Shown here: positions 1-10,600 of the stretch, in pieces
Layout of the letters: each line of letters begins with the position of its first letter
Numbering within the stretch: the stretch's first letter is position 1
Source: Eledone cirrhosa
Lineage: Eukaryota
Assembly: GCA_964016885.1 (NCBI GenBank)
Contig: OZ024744.1
Coordinates: 94,488,001 to 94,552,000 of the forward strand
Length of the DNA stretch: 64,000 nt
Direction of reading: 5' to 3'
The notes under the pieces: generated by a model
What the model saw: the letters and a program-made list of their open reading frames with translations, nothing else
The model's database searches: none
Told to the model about the DNA's origin: nothing
Position numbers and translations under genes: made by a program

Positions 1-1140
1 TCATGACACCAACATGACCACTTTACAGTGTGGACTGGGTACTTTTTGTCGTGACACCAACATGACCACTTTACAGTGTGGACTGGGTACTTTTTGTCGT
101 GACACCTACATGACCACTTTACAGTGTGGACTGGGTGCTTTTTGTCATCACACCAACATGACCACTTTACAGTGTGGACTGGGTGCTTTTTGTCATGACA
201 CCAACATGACCACTTTACAGTGTGTACTGGGTACTTTTTGTCGTGACACCTACATGACCACTTTACAGTGTGTACTGGGTGCTTTTTGTCATGACACCAA
301 CATGACCACTTTACAGTGTGGACTGGGTGCTTTTTGTCATGACACCAACATGACCACTTTACAGTGTGGACTGGGTACTTTTTGTCGTGACACCAACATG
401 ACCACTTTACAGTGTGGACTGGGTACTTTTTGTCGTGACACCTACATGACCACTTTACAGTGTGGACTGGGTGCTTTTTGTTGTGACACCAATATGACCA
501 CTTTACAGTGTGGACTGGGTACTTTTTGTCGTGACACCTACATGACCACTTTACAGTGTGGACTGGGTGTTTTTGTTGTAACACCTACATGACCACTTTA
601 CAGTGTGGACTGGGTGCTTTTTGTCATCACACCAACATGACCACTTTACAGTGAGTATTGGGTACTTTTTGTCGTGACACCAACATGACCACTTTACAGT
701 GTGGACTGGGTGTTTTTGTTGTAACACCTACATGACCACTTTACAGTGTGGACTGGGTGCTTTTTGTCATCACACCAACATGACCACTTTACAGTGAGTA
801 TTGGGTACTTTTTGTCGTGACACCTACATGACCACTTTACAGTGTGGACTGGGTACTTTTTGTCGTGACACCAACATGACCACTTTACAGTGTGGACTGG
901 GTACTTTTTGTCGTGACACCTACATGACCACTTTACAGTGTGGACTGGGTGCTTTTTGTCATCACACCAATATGACCACTTTACAGTGTGGACTGGGTAC
1001 TTTTTGTCGTGACACCTACATGACCACTTTACAGTGTGGACTGGGTGCTTTTTGTCGTGACACCAACATGACCACTTTACAGTGTGGACTGGGTACTTTT
1101 TGTCGTGACACCAACATGACCACTTTACAGTATGGGCTGG
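1..1140. repeat. 48-bp minisatellite (~23 copies, runs off the window start), expanded from the 3' UTR repeat of an RTE-type LINE
   Basis: Unit atgaccactttacagtgtggactgggtactttttgtcgtgacaccaac. The same unit occurs as 3-4 degenerate copies in dispersed element copies (about 14910-15120 and 44330-44495), and the array is contiguous with an RTE ORF end. Confidence 0.9.
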
Positions 1141-1630
1141 AGGCTTCAGTGGATGTATACTCCAGCTTGTCCTCGTGGGAGATGTATGGGAGGGTAAGGT
1201 GAAGTGAGGTGGTGCATACTGTATATATGCTTCAGTTTCAGCCTGTGCCCATGGGAAGTCGGGTTTTCTGTATTACTGCGTAACACCAGAGGTCTCAGTC
1301 CTGTGTCTACATCTTTGAGAGGTGCGATTGGGCAAGGTCAGCTTTTATCACCTTGTCCAAAGTCTTCCTAGGTCTCCCCACTCCACGCCTTCCATCAACT
1401 TTAAGCACTCTGCACCTTTTTTCTGCAGTTGTCATCCTTCATACATATCACATGTCCATACCAACACAATCTCCTTTCCTGCTCACTGCATCTGATTCCT
1501 CTGATGCCTAGTTTCTCTCTCTCAGTTTATGCTTTGCTGTTCACGTAAGTTACTATTACACATCTATCGGAGCATACAAGCTTCATTTCTTTCCAATATT
1601 TGCAGGTTCTCTGCACGCAGCACCCAGGAA
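1141..1630 (-). mobile_element. RTE-clade LINE 3' fragment (ORF C-terminus plus start of 3' UTR)
   Basis: Minus strand translates to RLCWYGHVICMKDDNCRK..KVDGRRGVGRPRKTLDKVIKADL, the typical RTE C-terminal WxGH...GRPxxxW-like segment. Confidence 0.8.
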
Positions 1631-1692
1631 CCACTACATTATAAAATACAGTCTGTGACAAGGTTGGCTCTTTGAATTACAGCTACAGTCTA

Positions 1693-1874
1693 ATTGGCAG
1701 TATTAGTAGAGCGTCAGACACCATGCTTTACAGCATAGAGTTACTGCCCTTTACGTTCTGACTTCAAATCCTGCCGAGGCTAACTTTGCCTTTCTTCCTT
1801 ACGGGGTCGATAAAATAAAGTACCAGTAATGTACTGGGGTAATGCTGGCCTTGTGCCAAAAATAGAAACGATTA
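1693..1874 (+). mobile_element. tRNA-type SINE (window family 1)
   Basis: attggcagtattagtagagcg...ttcaaatcctgccgagg (A/B-box-like), core aactttgcctttc..ggggtcgataaaataaagtaccag, tail gaaacgattata. About 10 copies in the window. Confidence 0.75.
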
Positions 1875-1879
1875 TAATG

Positions 1880-2110
1880 TCAGTGGCTGAGTATTCCACA
1901 GACACTTAATGTAATTGTCAGGGAGATTCAGCATGACACAGTGTGTGACAAGGTTGGCTCTTTGAATTACAGATACAGTCCATGTTGTATTATTGTGCAA
2001 GTGTCTGAGTATTCCACAGACATGTGTGTACCTTTAACATAATTCTCAGGGAGATTCAGCATAACAGTCTGTGACAAGACTGGTTCTTTGAATTACAAGT
2101 ACAGTCCATC
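1880..2110 (+). mobile_element. Tandemly repeated body segment of a second SINE family
   Basis: gagtattccacagac...cagggagattcagcat...gtgacaaggttggctctttgaattacag is repeated. A related copy lies at about 42790-43040 in the opposite orientation. Confidence 0.55.
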
Positions 2111-3062
2111 TGACAGGCTTCCAAACAGTTTCTGTCTACCCAATTTCACTCACATGGCTTAGGTTGTTGCAAGGCTAAATAACACATGTATTAGGGTTTT
2201 AAGAGCAAAGCAGATCAAACACAAAAATAAATGAAACTATCAAGACAGACATTTCTACAAATGTAGGTGTCATGACAAAAGTGAGCGCCCAGTCCACACT
2301 GTAAAGTGGTTGGCATTAGGAAGGGCATCCATCCATAGAAACCAAGCTAAAATCAGTTCTATGTGAGCAAATCACAGTCCCCCGACCTGATCTCTCACAA
2401 AAGGACAGCCCATCCTACCCATGCTAGTGTGGAAGATGGATGTTAAATGATGATGATGACCCTCCTAAATATGGTTTTTAATAAAACAGAACATAACTGA
2501 GAAAATAATGAAAAGGAAAAGAAAAATCCATTTATAAAACTGGCAGGAAATAGGAGGGAAATTATTCTCAAAGAAAAATTTATGGGATGGACTCAACCTA
2601 CTTTAGGACACGCTAAGGAAACGAGATTACCCTCTCCCTCTTAGGACCTAGATATGGTTTTAGAGTTAGAGCTACATTCTTTTTGTGTTGGAGACATTTA
2701 GCTGTTTCAAGACACATGAAAAATAAAACATTTCCTAAGTATATATTAAAAATGCTTTACAAAGTCATGGTCACTTGACGGGAGATTATAAAACTAGACA
2801 AACAAACCATAAGCTAGTTGAAAGATTTCCAAAATCCTCTCAGAATTCATGTCAGTTGGATTTGTATATTTGTAAGTGTTTCTTTTATTTTTGACAATAA
2901 TAATCCTTTTATAATTGAATCTTTTCAGCACACTAATACTTGTGTGTCTTTTGATACAAAAGAATCATATTTTCATAATGGTGTTTGTCGTTTGGCTCAG
3001 AACTTATTAATACTTTCACCAAAACAATACACACACACAACCCATTACATTATTTTCATTGT

Positions 3063-3250
3063 GGATTGGCAGTATCAGTAAAGTGTCGGATAATATGCTT
3101 CGGGGCATAGAGTTACATTCCTTTACATTCTGAGTTCAAATCCTGTCGAGGATCGATAAAATAAAGTACCAGTAACATACTAGGGTTGATTTAGTCGACT
3201 TTCACCTCCCTCGAATTTGTTGGCCTTGTGCCTAAATCAGAAACCATTAT
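3063..3250 (+). mobile_element. SINE family 1 copy
   Basis: ggattggcagtatc...gagttcaaatcc...gataaaataaagtaccag...gaaaccattatt. Confidence 0.7.
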
Positions 3251-3372
3251 TTTAATTGGGATTGATTGCATTTGTTAATTTGCAAATGTGCATACATAGT
3301 CTTCTTATCATGTCCACAAGTGTGTCGGCCACAAAGATTGACTAGATGTGGTTCCACCACAGCTGAACACAT

Positions 3373-3577
3373 TGCTGTCCTTTCTCATTAAACTCTGCCA
3401 AGTTTAATGCTCTCCTTTCTCGTTAAACTCTGCTAAGTCTAATGCTGTCCTTTCTCATTAAACTCTGCCAAGTCTAATGCTGTCCTTTCTCATTAAACTC
3501 TGCCAAGTCTAATGCTGTCCTTTCTCATTAAACTCTGCCAAGTCTAATGCTGTCCTTTCTCATTAAACTCTGCTAAG
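3373..3577. repeat. 35-bp tandem repeat, ~6 copies
   Basis: Unit tgctgtcctttctcattaaactctgccaagtctaa; starts at 3373 and 3408. Confidence 0.9.
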
Positions 3578-3712
3578 CAGGGGTGTTCCAGCAGGGACCA
3601 TATCATGTGGTTTAATGCCGCTGCATACATCATAATGTTATCTTAATCCTATGTAGTGCAAATAAAAAAAACGTATCTTATTTGTTTCTGGATTTCTTTG
3701 CTTGTTGTTTAA

Positions 3713-4417
3713 CCCTTTCATGACCACATTTCTAATTAAATACACTCTATTTTAATTAATTAATGAAGAATTTTAAGGGATTCACTAAAATTATTAATTA
3801 TTTCATTACTAATATAAAATTATGTTGGAAGATTTTAATTTAAATTGGAGACTTTTAACCCTTTAGCATTTACATTAATCTATATTTACTATTATATTTT
3901 CGCAGTAAAGGCTTTATCTCACATAAATATCAAATCTATGAAATTTTGATATTATTTATTTTGAGAACAATACCTTAACATCAGTATGAGTAGCTAGTTA
4001 TGGCTGGTTTGAACAGAAAGAGGTGAGATAATTCTGGTTGGATACAGCCGATTTAAATGTTAAAGGGTCAAAATGGGTGGTTTTATTTCATAGAACCAGA
4101 GCTGGTTTTGGCTGGGTTGGTAACTAAGATAGTAACTTAATGTAAGGTTCTTATATAAAATTATATTGGAAGATTTTAATTTAAATTGGAAACCTTTAAA
4201 ATGGGTGGTTTTATTTCATAGAACCATAGTTGGTATTGGATGGGTTGGTAACTAAAGGATTGAATAGTAACCCTTAAAAATAGGTGGTTTTATTTCATAG
4301 AACTAGAGCCAGTTTTGGCCAGGTTGGTAACTAAAGGGTTGAATAGGAACCCTTTAAAATGGGTGGTTTTATTTCATAGAACCAGAGCCAGTTTTGGCAG
4401 GGTTGGTAACTAAAGGG
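3713..4417. mobile_element. TTAA-flanked MITE family B with a nested family-A MITE (3859-4067) and a tandemly duplicated right end
   Basis: ttaa|ccctttcatgacc ... ggtaactaaaggg|ttaa. The segment aaatgggtggttttatttcatagaacc...ggttggtaactaa is repeated 4 times. Confidence 0.7.
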
Positions 4418-4799
4418 TTAAAACTGTGTATTCAAGCTTTCTGATTTTACACTTGTCCACATTTACTTGATTGAGTGAAAAACATCCATCTCATGTGAAT
4501 AAGATATAACATGCTAAACTGATACTTCGTTCATCATCATCATCACCATCATCGATTAACATCTATTTTTCATGCTAGCATGACTTAGACGGGTTGTCCC
4601 ATTTGTTCCTGATTGTTTATTATTAAACCTCTGTATATTACGGCTACCAATAACCGGTGACGATACTAACGATGAATCCAACATTGGTAGCTGGATTCCA
4701 AGTAATAGCATTGAGTGCTAAAACTGGCGCACCATCAGTAACTTAACGTTACACATCAACCAAACTATACATACATATATATATATATCATCATCATCA

Positions 4800-6600
4800 T
4801 CAACATCGTTTTTAGGTTTGCTTTTTCATGCTTGCATGGGTTGGACAGGTCCTTCTCAACACAGTATCTCACCACTTTTCATGCTTCTTCATCATCCCCT
4901 TTGCTAATCTTAGTGATTTTAGGTTAGCTCTCACAAACTCTGCCCAGGTCTTCCTTGGTCTACCTCTACTGCAGCTTCCTTCCACTGGCATTTCCTCTAC
5001 CCAGGTCTTCCTTGGTCTACCTCTACTACAGCTTCCTTCCACTGACATTTCCTCTACCCAGGTCTTCCTTGGTCTACCTCTACTACAGCTTCCTTCCACT
5101 GACATTTCCTCTGCCCAGGTCTTCCTTGGTCTACCTCTGCTGCAGCTTCCTTCCACTGGTATTTCCTGTACCCAGGTCTTCCTTGGTATACCTCTACTGC
5201 AGCTTCCTTCCACTGGTATTTCCTCTACCCAGGTCTTCCTTGGTCTACCTCTACTACAGCTTCCTTCCACTGGTATTTCCTCTACCCAGGTCTTCCTTGG
5301 TCTACCTCTACTACAGCTTCCTTCCACTGACATTTCCTCTGCCCAGGTCTTCCTTGGTCTACCTTTACTACAGCTTCCTTCCACTGACATTTCCTCTGCC
5401 CAGGTCTTCCTTGGTCTACCTTTACTACAGCTTCCTTCCACTGACATTTCCTCTGCCCAGGTCTTCCTTGGTCTACCTCTACTACAGCTTCCTTCCACTG
5501 ACATTTCCTCTGCCCAGGTCTTCCTTGGTCTACCTCTACTGCAGCTTCCTTCCACTGACATTTCCTCTGCCCAGGTCTTCCTTGGTCTACCTCTACTGCA
5601 GCTTCCTTCCACTGACATTTCCTCTGCCCAGGTCTTCCTTGGTCTACCTCTACTGTGGCTTCCTTCCACTGACATTTCCTCTACCCAAGTCTTCCTTGGT
5701 CTACCTCTACTGCAGCTTCCTTCCACTGACATTTCCTCTGCCCAGGTCCTCCTTGGTCTACCTCTACTACAGCTTCCTTCCACTGACATTTCCTCTGCCC
5801 AGGTCTTCCTTGGTCTACCTCTACTGCAGCTTCCTTCCACTGACATTTCCTCTGCCCAGGTCTTCCTTGGTCTACCTTTACTACAGCTTCCTTCCACTGA
5901 CATTTCCTCTGCCCAGGTCTTCCTTGGTCTACCTCTACTGCAGCTTCCTTCCACTGACATTTCCTCTGCCCAGGTCTTCCTTGGTCTACCTCTACTGCAG
6001 CTTCCTTCCACTGACATTTCCTCTGCCCAGGTCTTCCTTGGTCTACCTCTACTGTGGCTTCCTTCCACTGACATTTCCTCTACCCAAGTCTTCCTTGGTC
6101 TACCTCTACTGCAGCTTCCTTCCACTGACATTTCCTCTGCCCAGGTCCTCCTTGGTCTACCTCTACTACAGCTTCCTTCCACTGACATTTCCTCTGCCCA
6201 GGTCTTCCTTGGTCTACCTCTACTGCAGCTTCCTTCCACTGACATTTCCTCTGCCTAGGTCTTCCTTGGTCTACCTTTACTACAGCTTCCTTCCACTGAC
6301 ATTTCCTCTGCCCAGGTCTTCCTTGGTCTACCTCTACTACAGCTTCCTTCCACTGACATTTCCTCTGCCCAGGTCTTCCTTGGTCTACCTCTACTACAGC
6401 TTCCTTCCACTGACATTTCCTCTGCCCAGGTCTTCCTTGGTCTACCTCTACTACAGCTTCCTTCCACTGACATTTCCTCTGCCCAGGTCTTCCTTGGTCT
6501 ACCTCTGCTGCGGCTTCCTTCCACTGGGATTTCCTGGCATTTTTTCACCCATCGGTCATTGTCCATACACATCCCATGTCCATACCAATGCATATATATC
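4800..6600 (-). mobile_element. RTE LINE 3' end whose ORF C-terminal segment has expanded into a 57-bp array
   Basis: Minus strand: WYGHGMCMDNDRWVKKCQEIPVEG-[array]-RKTWAEFVRANLKSLRL, followed by the catgcaagcatg..(tga)n tail. Confidence 0.8.
4942..6537. repeat. 57-bp tandem array, ~28 copies, with a 399-bp (7-unit) higher-order duplication
   Basis: Unit cccaggtcttccttggtctacctctactacagcttccttccactgacatttcctctg. Variant ctgtggctt at 5653 and 6052, and variant gtcctcc at about 5746 and 6145, are both 399 bp apart. Confidence 0.95.
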
Positions 6601-6765
6601 GTCATGTGTCATTTTAAATGTCTGTTTACCTTGCTAGCAAGGGTAGGATGGGTCAACATAGACCAAGTCAGTACTGAAGCGGTGACTACTGATCCAGATA
6701 AGCCAGAGATCTGTTGTCTCAGTTATGTAGAGTCTCACATTCTACCAAATACACAGCAGAGCTTA

Positions 6766-6865
6766 TTTATATATATAAAACAGAAGATGTCTGTCTGTGT
6801 AACCGCATGCATTTCTACATTTTACAACCGATTTGCACCAAATTTCATACATCTATTACATGTCG
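6766..6865 (+). mobile_element. Orphan Helitron 5'-terminal fragment
   Basis: tttatatatataaaacagaagatgtctgtctgtgtaaccgcatgc... is nearly identical to the first ~110 bp from 7661, apart from a TC>TT change and a 14-bp deletion. Confidence 0.8.
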
Positions 6866-7015
6866 TAGACTATTTTATTTTTATATATATTTTATTTTTT
6901 TATTTATATTTTTATTTTTATATATACGGTGCCCCAGCATGGCCTCAGCCGGATGGCTGAAACAGGTAAAAGAGTAAAAGAGTATATACATATATCTATC
7001 AATCTATATACATAT

Positions 7016-7200
7016 ATAATTGTTTCTACTTTTGGCACAAGGTCAGCAATTATCCCAGTGCATTACTGGTACTTTATTTTATCGACCCCGTAAGGATGAA
7101 AGGCAAAGTTAACCTCGGCCGGATTTGAACTCAGAATTGCAAGGGCCTTAACTCTATGCGTGGTCTCCAACCCTCTACCAATACTGCCAATCCCCCACCA
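7016..7200 (-). mobile_element. SINE family 1 copy (left member of a head-to-head pair)
   Basis: Reverse complement of the family consensus; ends ...tactgccaatccccacca. Confidence 0.8.
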
Positions 7201-7206
7201 TTATAT

Positions 7207-7402
7207 ATGGTGGGGGATTGGCAGTATCGGTAGAGAGTCGGTAACCATGCTTTGAAGCATAGAGTTACGTCCCTTTATGATCTGAGTTCAAATCCCGCTG
7301 AGATTAACTTTGCCTTTCATCCTTACGGGGTTGATAAAATAAAGTACCAGTAATGTACTGGGTAATTTGCTGGCCTTGTGCCTAAAATAGAAACAATTAT
7401 TA
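7207..7402 (+). mobile_element. SINE family 1 copy (right member of a head-to-head pair)
   Basis: tggtggggattggcagtatcggtagag...gagttcaaatccc...gaaacaattatt. Confidence 0.8.
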
Positions 7403-7660
7403 TAGTAGAAACAATTATATATACATATATAATGCTAGTGTGTTGTTACATAATCCTAGCTTAGTTTCATGAGACAATATTTTGCATTTAAGCAAAGATT
7501 ACACAAGAAACATCGTTAAGTTGTTGATATGTTTCAATGAGAGACACGTCCATTATGGTGTGTGTTTGCTTAGCATATAAGACGATTATCCTCTTAAAGA
7601 ACTCCAGCTAAGAGATACTCTAGCCCTTTTTCTCTTTACTCCATCCTACGTATTTCATCA

Positions 7661-10600
7661 TCTATATATATAAAACAGAAGATCTGTCTGTCTGTGTAAC
7701 CGCATGCATTTCTACATTTTACAACCGATTTGCATCAAATTTCATACATAGGTTTCTGAAGTCCTATTACGCATCGATTGTGGGGTCCCCCGGGGGTAGA
7801 TAACCTCCTTAAGCCTCTTGCTTAGAGTCAGCAGTACTACTGCATAAAGGCCCCATATTTCCTGCAGTTTGCCTCCCATCTTCACCAAAATTAATCTTTT
7901 GTTTGCTTATGGCCTACAAATAAATTTGCAGGCATGCACTTGCACAGAAATTCAGGTAGGGGACCCCTTGGGGGGGGCAGTAAACCGACTTGATAAATGT
8001 TGAAGTGATAACGAATGTGTGGTGCTTTATCTTATGGCAGGCAATAACCATTTTGTTTAGTTTTTGTAAGAATCAAGTATAAACTCCCGAGGTTATGGTG
8101 CTTTTTTATTGTGGCAGTTTGAACTTTTATAGGTTAATGAACTGGGCTCATTGTCCCCGAGGGGGTCCTCTTGCTGAATTGAAACGAAAGTAAATGTGCC
8201 TCACTGTATCTTCATCTGTAGTACATGAATAACAACTAAGTCAAAACTCATTTTATTGGACTACCAATTATGGAAGCTATGACGCTTTGCTGCATTACAA
8301 TAGCCAAATTCAATAAATGACTTGCCTGGGCTTACTGCCCCCTAGGGGTCCTCTTGCTGGTTCCGGGTATAGACAGTGTCTTCAACATCATCTTTAGGCA
8401 ATGGGTAACCAATGTGTCCAGTAAAGTTAAAATCGAATGTAAACCTCAAAAGTTATCAGGTACTAATAGTGTTAATGTGAACTTCAACAGATAAGTCGAA
8501 GGGGCTTATTGCCCCCACCACCCAGGGGTCCCCTTGATAAGTTCAAGTAAAAGTTCATGTGTTCACCTTCCTTTATAAGCCATGGGTAACCAATACATCT
8601 TGCTTTGAGAAAACCAAACACCAACTCAAGTAACAATGCAACAAAATGTCATAACTGCTTTTTATGTGCGAAATGGCGACCTCTGGCCAACCACACATCA
8701 GTGAGTTGTGTTCAGTAGATTTCGTCACACTTATTTGTATTATCTCAGCAATCAGACAACTCGAGTGTTGTTCATTGAGCGAAATCACTCCTATTTATAT
8801 CGGTCAAGTCTGACCTAGGATCACACTTCTTTTTTGGCTTTTGACAAGTGGTAGGTTTTTTTTTACATGCGTACTCTCATAAGCTACCCCATGTTTCTGA
8901 AATGCATGCTTCTTCAACATTTGTCACCTTAAAGGAGGCTTAGTTAATGTATTTATGGTCATAAGGTTCCAGTTTATCATTTTGTGGCCATTTTTGCCTG
9001 TATCCTTTCAATGGTTAGTATTTACTTATTGCTATGTTCGAACTGAACCAACATACTGACACTTATATACCTACTACTGTAGCCACACTATTTAATTTCC
9101 TTTATCACAGGTAGTCCGTACGCTGCATTGCCCCTAAATTAATACCTGAAATTTGACTGGTACACAAAATCTTGCAAAACATACCCACTTTCTCAGACCA
9201 CATAGATTTATCATATTTTTTCACAATTTATACCCGTGTTTAGATTTGCTTAGTTAAACGTTATTTGTCCACTATTTATCATTCTCCCTGGTTAATTTTC
9301 TAAAAACAAAGCCTCCCAAGAAAGGAACTTTCATTGGTCGATTATCTAATGATGCAAGTAGGTCTAAGCGAAGGCGTCTCACCGAAGATGTAAATGCAAC
9401 TGCGATCAGGCTCTCGCAGAATGTTGTGCAGACGGCAGCTGCAGGAGCGGAGGAGGATGACAGTCGGCGTGAATTTCGATGGAACAAAGATGCTGTTGCG
9501 ACTGCTGCTGCTTGCGTTTGAGAGGATGAAGGGCGACGTGCTGTTTGACGAAGTAGGAACACCACTGCAACAGCCGCTGCCTACGCACAAGAGGATGAAG
9601 AACGACGCACCATTCGACGAAGCAGGGGAGCTGCTGCCACTGCTGCTGCACGAAATACTGAAACCATAGAGCAACGACGTGGCAGACTTCTGCAAAGTGA
9701 ACAGCGGCGATCATCGTTACGTGACATTTCTAGGACTCGCAATTCACGATGGATTTTGAAGGCCTTTAACTGCGACTCCTCCTCCAGCTACACCGTCCAT
9801 GCAGATATTCAAATTGGGGAAATGACCTCTACTTGCCAGTTTTGTTGTAAGAAAAAGTTGCCAGGGGGAGAGAGATGGAATGTGTTGTTCAAGCGGTAAA
9901 GTTAGACTACCTCCTATTCACGACCCTCCAGAGACATTGCAGCTCCTGTTGACACACACGACGGAGGAATGATCGAAGTTTCTGCGTAATATCTGCCGCA
10001 ACAATTCCGCGTTTCAGATGACATCCGTCGGAGCAAAGCTTGCCTCGGAACGTGGGTTCATGCCAACTTTCAAGGTCCAGGGGCAGATCTACCACTTGAT
10101 TGGGTCTATTCAGCCTCTGGCAGAAAAGGATCCTCAATATCTTCAGTTATACTTTGTTGGAAACTATCAGGAGCAGGCAGAGATGTGAAACTCTATTTCG
10201 TCCGAAACTAACATTGAAACCATAATAAAACTTCAAGAAATGCTTCATGACAAAAACAGCTATGTTCGCAGTTTCAAGTACGCTTTGGAAACAGCCACCG
10301 ACCAAAACTTTAGTGTGGTCATACATGCTGACCGAAGGCCATCTGGAGAACATGCTGGTCAGTTCAACACACCAACATGTAATGAGATTGCTGCAGTTAT
10401 TTGTGGTGAACAGCATAAGAGAGATATCATTCTAAAGCACCAAGACAGCCCATTACAGTGTTTCAATGAGACACACAGGTCCGACGATGCACTCCAGTAT
10501 CCATTGCTATTTGTCAACGGTGAGGACGGATACCATTTCAGCATTCCTCAACATTCAGCAGGCAATGGTGAGGCATATCTTAGCAAAACTGTCACCTGCA

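Noticed and set aside
14-1202. Cys-rich MTTLQCGLGTFCRDT repeat ORFs
   Set aside because: They are translations of the 48-bp array antisense to a LINE 3' UTR; the unit length is a multiple of 3 and there is no gene context.
2631-2701. Possible internal exon of the minus-strand gene (KCLQHKKNVALTLKPYLGPKRER)
   Set aside because: Splice-like borders, but the phase is incompatible with a direct join to the 15482 donor and there is no recognisable homology.
4828-6637. 476, 458 and 560 aa ORFs as host genes
   Set aside because: Several frames are open only because the 57-bp unit lacks stops; the sequence is LINE-derived.
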